DNA of 32,000 bases from NCBI GenBank assembly GCA_003056265.1, contig NBVN01000002.1:450001-482000 (forward strand), in the 5' to 3' direction. The notes under the pieces are model-generated. The model was given only the letters and a program-made list of their open reading frames with translations. It did not search any database and was not told the origin of the DNA. Below, piece by piece: positions 25,564-32,000 of this stretch; position 1 is the stretch's first letter, and the number at the start of each line of letters is the position of its first letter. Source of the DNA: Zestosphaera tikiterensis. Lineage in GTDB: Archaea > Thermoproteota > Thermoprotei_A > Sulfolobales > NBVN01. Both the position numbers and the translations under genes were made by a program.

Positions 25564-27260
25564 TAAATCTCCGGTGCTTTCCACTCACCCCAAACTTCCC
25601 TAAGTACTTGAGACACCTCACCTAACGTAGCTTTAGCTTTGATGGCTTCGTATATATACGGGAATATGTTCACGTCTTCTTTCTCAGCGGCTTTCCTTAC
25701 CTTATCGAGGGCTTCACTTACTTTAGAGTTATCTCTTTCCTTCTTAAGCATGTTCAACCTATGTACGACTCTCTCCCTAACTTTAGGATCTATCTTAAGT
25801 ATCTTCACCTTAGGCGTCTCCTCCTCGACGAATGTGTTCACGCCTATTATCGGTACTTCACCCCTCTCAACCTTAAGCTGCCATTCGTAAGCCGCCCTAG
25901 CTATCTCTCTTTGCGGATACCCTAACTCTATAGCTTTAACCATACCTCCAAGCCTTTCAATCTCGTCTATGATCTTCCAAGCCTTCTCCTCTATCTGATC
26001 TGTAAGCCATTCGATGTAGTACGCCCCGCCTAAAGGATCTATAGTGTCTATTACGCCGCTTTCGTAGAGGAGGACTTGCTGAACCCTTATAGAAAGCTTT
26101 ACAGATTCCTCTGTAGGTAGTGAGAGGGCTTCATCGTATGAGTTAACATGCAGTGATTGAGTCCCACCTAACACAGCGGCTAACGCTTGAAGAGTTGTCC
26201 TAATTATGTTAACCATCGGTTGCTGAGCAGTTAGTAAAACGCCAGCTGTTTGCGTATGGAATCTTAACATCATAGACCTAGGGTCTTTAGCGTTAAACCT
26301 CTCCTTCATGATCCTAGCCCAAATCCTCCTAGCAGCTCTAAACTTCGCTACTTGCTCGAAGAGGTTTGTCCTAGCTGCGAAGAAGAAGGAGAGCTGGCTT
26401 GCGAACTCATCTACGTTCATACCCCTCTCAACAACCCACCTCACATACTCTATCGCGTCAGCTAAGGTGAAGGCTATCTCCATCGCTGGCGTTGCCCCAG
26501 CCTCCTCGAAGTGATATCCGGAGATGCTTATAGCGTTCCATTTAGGCATGTTTTTAGCGGCGTACATTATCAAGTCTGTTGCGTAACGCATGGAAGGCCT
26601 TGGAGGATATATGTAGTTGTTCCTCGCTATATACTCCTTAAGTATGTCGTTTTGAACAGTACCTCTTAAGACGGCTTTATCAACCCCTCTAGACTCAGCT
26701 ACCGCCACATACATAGAGAGGACTTCAATAGCTGTGGCGTTGATAGTCATTGAAGTTGAGATCTTATCCATAGGTATGTCATTAAACACTATCTCCATCT
26801 CCTTAACTGAAGGCATTGAAACCCCTACCTTACCAACCTCATACCACGCGAGTTTATTGTCTGGATCCAGTCCTAACTGCGTTGGTAGGTCGAAAGCCAT
26901 ACTAAGTCCTGTCTGACCAACGCTCAATAGGTACTTATACCTAGCGTTAGTGTCTTCAGCGGATCCGTAGCCCGCATACTGTCTTATAGTCCATGGCCTA
27001 CCCCTATACATAGTTGCGTAAACACCGCGTGTAAAGGGATACTCACCGGGGAAGCCCAGCTTCTCAAGGTAGTTCCAGCCGGCGCCTTCCGTGTCTAAAG
27101 GTGTGTATATGTGCTTAACTTCGAAGCCTTCCTCAGTAGTGAATTTAGGCTTTAACTCAGGCGCTTTCTTGACTGTAGGTTCTAAAACCTCTTTAACCCA
27201 CTGATTTAGCTTCTCCCTTAACTTACTTAAGTCGTTACTCATGCTTAACCAACCTCTCAA
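25560..27260 (-). CDS. methylmalonyl-CoA mutase, catalytic (large) subunit
   Basis: 566 aa. Motifs FTRGVYATMYRGRPWTIRQYAGYG and GLSMAFDLPTQLG. The probable start is M7 (27242). Confidence 0.95.
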   Translation of the reverse strand: MRGWLSMSNDLSKLREKLNQWVKEVLEPTVKKAPELKPKFTTEEGFEVKHIYTPLDTEGAGWNYLEKLGFPGEYPFTRGVYATMYRGRPWTIRQYAGYGSAEDTNARYKYLLSVGQTGLSMAFDLPTQLGLDPDNKLAWYEVGKVGVSMPSVKEMEIVFNDIPMDKISTSMTINATAIEVLSMYVAVAESRGVDKAVLRGTVQNDILKEYIARNNYIYPPRPSMRYATDLIMYAAKNMPKWNAISISGYHFEEAGATPAMEIAFTLADAIEYVRWVVERGMNVDEFASQLSFFFAARTNLFEQVAKFRAARRIWARIMKERFNAKDPRSMMLRFHTQTAGVLLTAQQPMVNIIRTTLQALAAVLGGTQSLHVNSYDEALSLPTEESVKLSIRVQQVLLYESGVIDTIDPLGGAYYIEWLTDQIEEKAWKIIDEIERLGGMVKAIELGYPQREIARAAYEWQLKVERGEVPIIGVNTFVEEETPKVKILKIDPKVRERVVHRLNMLKKERDNSKVSEALDKVRKAAEKEDVNIFPYIYEAIKAKATLGEVSQVLREVWGEWKAPEIY

Positions 27261-27645
27261 CGACTTCCAATAATACCCCGCCAGTCATCTTAGGATGTAT
27301 GAAGTTTATCTTTCTCGTACCCTTAGAGACTAGCTTAGCTTCATCGTAAGTTAGTTGAACGTTCTTACTCTTAAGCTCTTTAACTACTTCATCAACGTTA
27401 TCCACACCCAAAGCTATGTGGTGTATCCCCTCACCTTTCTTCTCAATGAACTTAGCTATTGCTGAGTCAGGACTTAAAGCTTCAAGTAACTCTATATGGA
27501 CGTCACCAACCTTAAACATAGCTATTCTAACCTTCTCCTCAGGAACTTCTTCAATCCCCTCTAACTCAAGCTTTAGGACATCCCTGTAAAACTTAACGGC
27601 TTCATCAAGGTTTTTAACAGCTATCCCTATATGATCGAGTTTCAC
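27235..27645 (-). CDS. methylmalonyl-CoA epimerase (VOC/glyoxalase fold)
   Basis: 136 aa. KLDHIGIAV, GEGIHHIALGV, and FIHPKMTGGVLLEV near the C-terminus. Confidence 0.9.
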   Translation of the reverse strand: MKLDHIGIAVKNLDEAVKFYRDVLKLELEGIEEVPEEKVRIAMFKVGDVHIELLEALSPDSAIAKFIEKKGEGIHHIALGVDNVDEVVKELKSKNVQLTYDEAKLVSKGTRKINFIHPKMTGGVLLEVVERLVKHE

Positions 27646-28076
27646 TTACTCATCACCTCACAAGCTTTTTCATAAACCTCAACAACCTTCTTTAAAGGCG
27701 TGCCTGGTATTAAAACCTCGAAAACTCCTAACTTCTTAAGTTCTTCAACGTCTTCAGGCGGTATTATACCGCCGACGATAACAGGTATGTTAAGCCCTCT
27801 CTCACGTAATAACTTCATTAAATCACTAATCAACTCAAGATGAGATCCTGAAAGTATTGAAATACCTATAGCTGACACGTCCTCCTCAACAGCTGACTCA
27901 ACTAATTCCTCAGGCGACCTATGAACACCTAAATACACAACCTCAAACCCCGCATCTCTTAAAGCCCTAGCAACTACTTTAGCTCCCCTATCATGTCCGT
28001 CTAAACCCAGCTTAGATACTAAAACCTTCTTACGTATCTTAATAGAACGCGTTGCTACAGCCTCCGAAACAGACAT
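27642..28076 (-). CDS. methylmalonyl-CoA mutase, B12-binding (small) subunit
   Basis: 144 aa. LGLDGHDRGAKVVARALRDAGFEV contains the DxHxxG cobalamin-binding motif. 4-nt overlap with the epimerase gene. Confidence 0.95.
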   Translation of the reverse strand: MSVSEAVATRSIKIRKKVLVSKLGLDGHDRGAKVVARALRDAGFEVVYLGVHRSPEELVESAVEEDVSAIGISILSGSHLELISDLMKLLRERGLNIPVIVGGIIPPEDVEELKKLGVFEVLIPGTPLKKVVEVYEKACEVMSK

Positions 28077-28224
28077 ATATTAACCCCAATGTTAGATTAG
28101 GAACTTCAGCTTAAATACTTTTCTGTGACGGACTTGCTCTACATTTTAAAGTTACGTCGTAGGATTGAGAGGAGAGATTCAATTTCAGGTATGTTTTTAA
28201 GGATATTTAACGCGATGTTTAAGT

Positions 28225-29388
28225 TTACGTTTTTATCGTATATTTACGAATTAATGCTGTTAAGAAACCTAAGCTGAGGATTTCAAGAATTAAAGCGTAT
28301 GTGATTAAGTATGTGAGGTCTACGACGTATATATAACCCATGATTAAGCCTCCAGCCATCCACGCCGCCCCGTAAACTAAGCCGTAAACACCGTAAGCAA
28401 GCGCTCTCTTATCCTCAGGGACTAAATCAGGTATGGCGGCCCTCATATTAGTCTCATATATCCCCATAACAACACCCCATAAGGCTGCTGCTATGTAGAA
28501 CGACAGCCTGCTATTCGTGAAGAGAGTTATCGGTATTAAAGCTGCTGCCACGGGCGTTAAGATAAGCGACTTAGGACCTACTACGTCGTAAAGAAAGCCT
28601 GCTGGAAACGCTACTAACGCGTCAACACCCATAGCTAAGGCGTAAGCGAAGCCTATTTCAGCGTCAGATATGATTTGAGTTGCTTTCATATGGTATGAAA
28701 CTATAGACCAAGGAAGGTATCCCGCAGTCATTAAAGACAGTGAAACTATAAATAACGTAAACTTAGCGTTGGAAACCCAACCAACCGTTGATTTCTTTAC
28801 GTTTACGGACTTAACCGTTGGGTACATATAGGCAGACATACCTAAGAAAAGTAGCGATAAAGTTGCTGGAATAGCTAATGTTAGGAAAGCTGGTCTGTAA
28901 TCACCGCCTGATGTAGCTATAGACCAACCAACCAAAACCGGACCTGCGAAAGCGCCTATCTGATCCATAACCTCATGTAAGCCGAAGCCCTTACCCCTCC
29001 CTATACCTTCAGCAACTTCGGATAGTATGACATCTCTAGTCGGGGCTCTTAAGCCCTTCCCTATACGTTCAAGGAAGACTAAAGCTAAGGCAACTTCCCA
29101 ACTACCCGCTATAGCTAATGCCGGCACAGCAATTAAGTTAATGACGTAACCGGTTATGGTGAAGAACCATAGAGTTTTAGATGATTTAAACTTATCGGCT
29201 AGGAAACCGCTGACGAACCTCATTAAATAACCGAGGAACTCGCCGATCGTTACTGCTCCAGCGATTAACGCGGAGCCTTCAAGGATTTTTATGTAAGCAC
29301 CTAAAACACTGCGAGCTCCTTCGTAAGTTACGTCAGCGAAGAGGGATACGAGACCTAAAAAGATAAAAACCATTATAACTTTCCTCAA
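28225..29388 (-). CDS. MFS-type transporter
   Basis: 387 aa, about 10-12 predicted hydrophobic helices, with an ERIGKGLRAPTRD loop between TM2 and TM3 (MFS-like). Confidence 0.7.
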   Translation of the reverse strand: MRKVIMVFIFLGLVSLFADVTYEGARSVLGAYIKILEGSALIAGAVTIGEFLGYLMRFVSGFLADKFKSSKTLWFFTITGYVINLIAVPALAIAGSWEVALALVFLERIGKGLRAPTRDVILSEVAEGIGRGKGFGLHEVMDQIGAFAGPVLVGWSIATSGGDYRPAFLTLAIPATLSLLFLGMSAYMYPTVKSVNVKKSTVGWVSNAKFTLFIVSLSLMTAGYLPWSIVSYHMKATQIISDAEIGFAYALAMGVDALVAFPAGFLYDVVGPKSLILTPVAAALIPITLFTNSRLSFYIAAALWGVVMGIYETNMRAAIPDLVPEDKRALAYGVYGLVYGAAWMAGGLIMGYIYVVDLTYLITYALILEILSLGFLTALIRKYTIKT

Positions 29389-29546
29389 TTTAAACCACCG
29401 CCTCTAAAAGTGATGTGTTGTTGATAATATAAGCTTTTGAAGTTTGACGCGACGATATGGTCTACCTAATGAAAACTTAATAACTTTACGTAGTGTTTGT
29501 ATATTAGCTAGCTGTTAAATGTGGGTATGGTTACGTCTTAGTTTCG

Positions 29547-30206
29547 GTGGTGGTTTTAGTGGGTGGGTATGTTCAAGGTGGGTTAAGTTTAGACGTCGTT
29601 TCCTTACTCTATGAGTTGAGTAGGAAAGAACGTGAGAAACATATTCGAAAACCTGAGGTTTTCTGGGTTACGGATTTAGTGAGGTGTCCTTTAAAACGTG
29701 ATTATGAGTTAAGGTTTCCTGAGTTGGTTGAGAGTAACGTGTTTACACCAACGTTCATCCTTGGTGAGTTAATTCATAAAGGGCTTGAAGCTCTTCTTAA
29801 GGAAGTCATGCCTGAGGAGGTTGAGGTTGAGGTAGAGAAGGAGCAGGAGGTGATGTTGCCTAACGGCAGTAAGGTTTTTCTTAGGGGTAGGGCTGACGTC
29901 ATAGTTAAAGTCGGTGGTGAGTATTTAGGTATTGAGATTAAAACCTCACGTTCGGATGTTAGGATACCTCAAGAACATCATGTAGATCAGTCGAGAATCT
30001 ACAACTGGCTCTTCAACCTTAAAGCTTCAATTCTTCTATACGTAACGCCCGATAGGGTAACTCAATATGTGGTGGATGGTAGAGCTACGTTAGAAGAAGT
30101 TGTTGAGAGGATTTTAAGTAGTAAGTACCCAAGGTATGAATGGGAGTGTAGGTATTGCGCTTACTCCGTTTTATGTCCTTATAAAGTCGTGTTACGTCAA
30201 ACCTAA
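29547..30206 (+). CDS. Cas4-like PD-(D/E)xK nuclease with Fe-S cysteine ligands (DUF83), stand-alone
   Basis: 219 aa. N-terminal VTDLVRCPLKRDY, then RGRADVIV...GIEIKTS (D...ExK), QSRIYNWL (QxxxY) and C-terminal CRYCAYSVLC (CxxCx5C). Confidence 0.75.
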   Translation: MVVLVGGYVQGGLSLDVVSLLYELSRKEREKHIRKPEVFWVTDLVRCPLKRDYELRFPELVESNVFTPTFILGELIHKGLEALLKEVMPEEVEVEVEKEQEVMLPNGSKVFLRGRADVIVKVGGEYLGIEIKTSRSDVRIPQEHHVDQSRIYNWLFNLKASILLYVTPDRVTQYVVDGRATLEEVVERILSSKYPRYEWECRYCAYSVLCPYKVVLRQT

Positions 30207-30276
30207 AGTGATATGTGAAGCAAATCGAAAGAAACTTAATTAAACACTACATCCATAAGTTTTATAGTGAACGTCG

Positions 30277-30999
30277 ATGGTTGGAAACTACCTTGAGTCT
30301 GTTAAGGCTAGGCTCGTAGCCGGTTACCCAATATTTATTTACGATTCCGAAGGTCGTGAGGACGAATCCGATATGGTTTTCTTCGCTGGAGCTATAGACA
30401 CCTACTCCATAACCATTTCAAGGAAGTTCGCAGGCGGTTTAACATGTTACGTCATGCCTTTAAGCGTTGGGAGAGAGTTAGGTATTAAATACGCAGAGGA
30501 AATACTTAACTTAACCGGTTATGCGAAACTAACGCAGAAAAGATTAAGTTATGGAGACCCACCGAACTTTAGCTTATGGGTTAACCACATCTCAGTGAGG
30601 ACAGGCGTTAGGGATGCGGATAAAGCAAAAACTATAAGGGGCTTAGACGAAGTAACTAAGTTAGTAACTGAGGAAAGGAATTCAACAGCAGCTATGAGTA
30701 AATTCTACGCCGAATTCGTTAGCCCCGGCCACGTCCCCATACTTATGGGGAGGGGTTTAAACGTTAGGAAAGGCCATACGGAACTCGCTTTAGCGATAGC
30801 GGAAATACTAGGATTAAGGCCAAGCATGGTAATAACCGAAGTTTTAAGTGATGGCGGTGCGGCCTCACTACATGAAGTTAAAAAACTAGCCGAAAAATTC
30901 ACCACATACGTATTAAGAACAGATGAAATCCTAGAATTGTGGGACAGACTCAAACAAGGTTATCATCACACACGTATAGACAACGACTCTAAAATGTGA
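30277..30999 (+). CDS. ribB: 3,4-dihydroxy-2-butanone 4-phosphate synthase, archaeal type
   Basis: 240 aa. IFIYDSEGREDESDMVF, RKFAGGLTCYV, FVSPGHVPIL and RKGHTELALAIAEILGL parallel the MJ0055-type RibB as I recall it. Confidence 0.85.
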   Translation: MVGNYLESVKARLVAGYPIFIYDSEGREDESDMVFFAGAIDTYSITISRKFAGGLTCYVMPLSVGRELGIKYAEEILNLTGYAKLTQKRLSYGDPPNFSLWVNHISVRTGVRDADKAKTIRGLDEVTKLVTEERNSTAAMSKFYAEFVSPGHVPILMGRGLNVRKGHTELALAIAEILGLRPSMVITEVLSDGGAASLHEVKKLAEKFTTYVLRTDEILELWDRLKQGYHHTRIDNDSKM

Positions 31000-31176
31000 C
31001 GTTAAAACGCGTTTATTTATTTATTCATTCATAAAACAGATATCAGCGCACCACTTCCTACTTTTCCATAAGCTCTTAAAGAAGAATCCTTAGATCAATA
31101 GTTATATATGTAGGGAATTAAGTTAATGAACTCGAAAATCTAGTGGGGTTGGAAGCATGTCTAATCTTGCTTTCTG

Positions 31177-32000
31177 CTATCTTTTCCTTAATCGCGGATT
31201 TACGTATTCTTCTACAGCATATCCTATAAGCGAAAGCCCTAGGACTGTTATAGTTATCATAATGCCTGGAGCAACTATCCACCACCACATCCCGCTTGTT
31301 ATGGCTCCTGTATTCATAGCCCAGTAGATTATTCCTCCCCAGGACTTCTGGGTTGGATCTCCCATACCTAAAAAGCTTAACGAGGACTCAGCTATTATCG
31401 CTCCACCTATCCTGAGTATTGTTGACGCCGTTATTAGCGGATATAATTGAGGGAGTATATGCTTAAACATTATCCTTAAGTCTCCCGCGCCGATAGCTCT
31501 CGCGGCCTCTATGAAGGGTACGTTCTTAAACGACTTTACTTGAGCTTTAACCATCCTAGCTACTCCAGGCCAGCTGAAAGCCGCTATAGCTAATATTATA
31601 TTCTGGTATCCTTGCCCAAGAAACGCTGCCATTAATATCATGAAAGGCAGCACTGGAATAAGAAACATTACGTCCGTAATCGATGAAAGCACCTCTTCCG
31701 CTATACCACCATAATACCCCGCTATTAAGCCTATTACTGTACCAATAGCTACTGCCGAGGCCGCTGCGGCAAAACCTACAAGTAGTGATATCCTAGCCCC
31801 GTATACCAACTCACTAAATATGTCCTGCCCGATGTCGTTAGTTCCAAGTAAGTGTTTTGAGCTTGGAGGGAGGAACGGTCGATCTACAGTTTTCCAAGGA
31901 TCGTAAGGAGCTATGAGTTGAGGAACTAACGCCATGGCTAACGGAACTGCAAGCAAGATTAAACCCATGATGCTTTTCTCATTACTTAATATAAGCTGAA
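31177..32000 (-). CDS. oligopeptide/dipeptide ABC transporter permease (OppC/DppC-like), N-terminus cut by window edge
   Basis: EAA-loop motif FIEAARAIGAGDLRIMFKHILP. The frame stays open upstream of the track's ATG (31968) to the window end (..QLILSNEKSIMGLILLAV..), matching the usual N-terminal TM of this family. Confidence 0.85.
   Translation of the reverse strand, partial: QLILSNEKSIMGLILLAVPLAMALVPQLIAPYDPWKTVDRPFLPPSSKHLLGTNDIGQDIFSELVYGARISLLVGFAAAASAVAIGTVIGLIAGYYGGIAEEVLSSITDVMFLIPVLPFMILMAAFLGQGYQNIILAIAAFSWPGVARMVKAQVKSFKNVPFIEAARAIGAGDLRIMFKHILPQLYPLITASTILRIGGAIIAESSLSFLGMGDPTQKSWGGIIYWAMNTGAITSGMWWWIVAPGIMITITVLGLSLIGYAVEEYVNPRLRKR

Noticed and set aside
25560-28076. B12-subunit / epimerase / catalytic-subunit cluster as a novel system.
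   Set aside because: This is the well-known split methylmalonyl-CoA mutase plus epimerase module of archaeal propionyl-CoA/succinyl-CoA metabolism, also used in crenarchaeal CO2-fixation cycles. It is ordinary. The only small remark is that no MeaB/ArgK-type chaperone gene is adjacent.
29389-30276. CRISPR array or cas operon around the Cas4-like gene.
   Set aside because: No direct repeats of CRISPR size or spacing are visible here or elsewhere in the window. The flanking genes are an MFS transporter and ribB.

Overview
This window reads as a compact, gene-dense stretch of core chromosome from an archaeon, most likely a (hyper)thermophilic crenarchaeote. The basis is a type-II archaeal GAPDH in a pgk-gap operon, a split methylmalonyl-CoA mutase with its epimerase, and archaeal-type riboflavin genes (an ArfC-like reductase and an MJ0055-like RibB). 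TATA boxes about 24 nt upstream of RNA starts, a C/D-box sRNA candidate and an SSV-type integrase fragment point the same way. By eye, G+C is in the low 40s percent; I did not compute it.

I can support 35 protein-coding genes. Two are cut by the window edges, and the left one (1..459, minus strand) is missing from the supplied ORF track. I also support one tRNA-Ala(GGC), two candidate non-coding RNAs and one decayed integrase (intN) fragment. There is no rRNA, no CRISPR array and no intact mobile element. About 20 track ORFs are antisense shadows of real genes and are rejected.

Most of the content is housekeeping, and I do not see a clear multi-gene novel system such as a defence island. The observations most worth follow-up are:
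1. An unclassified G+C-rich structured RNA locus with its own TATA box, in an oversized intergenic gap (24172-24412).
2. A deaminase-type amidohydrolase overlapping the archaeal riboflavin reductase gene. It is a candidate for the pyrimidine deaminase step that, to my knowledge, is unassigned in archaea.
3. A solitary SSV-type intN fragment reading antisense through tRNA-Ala, which marks a past integration.
4. A translationally coupled CYTH / SAM-hydroxide-adenosyltransferase / PUA operon.
5. A C/D-box sRNA candidate at 16976-17032.

All functional calls come from motif recognition by eye. No database search was run.
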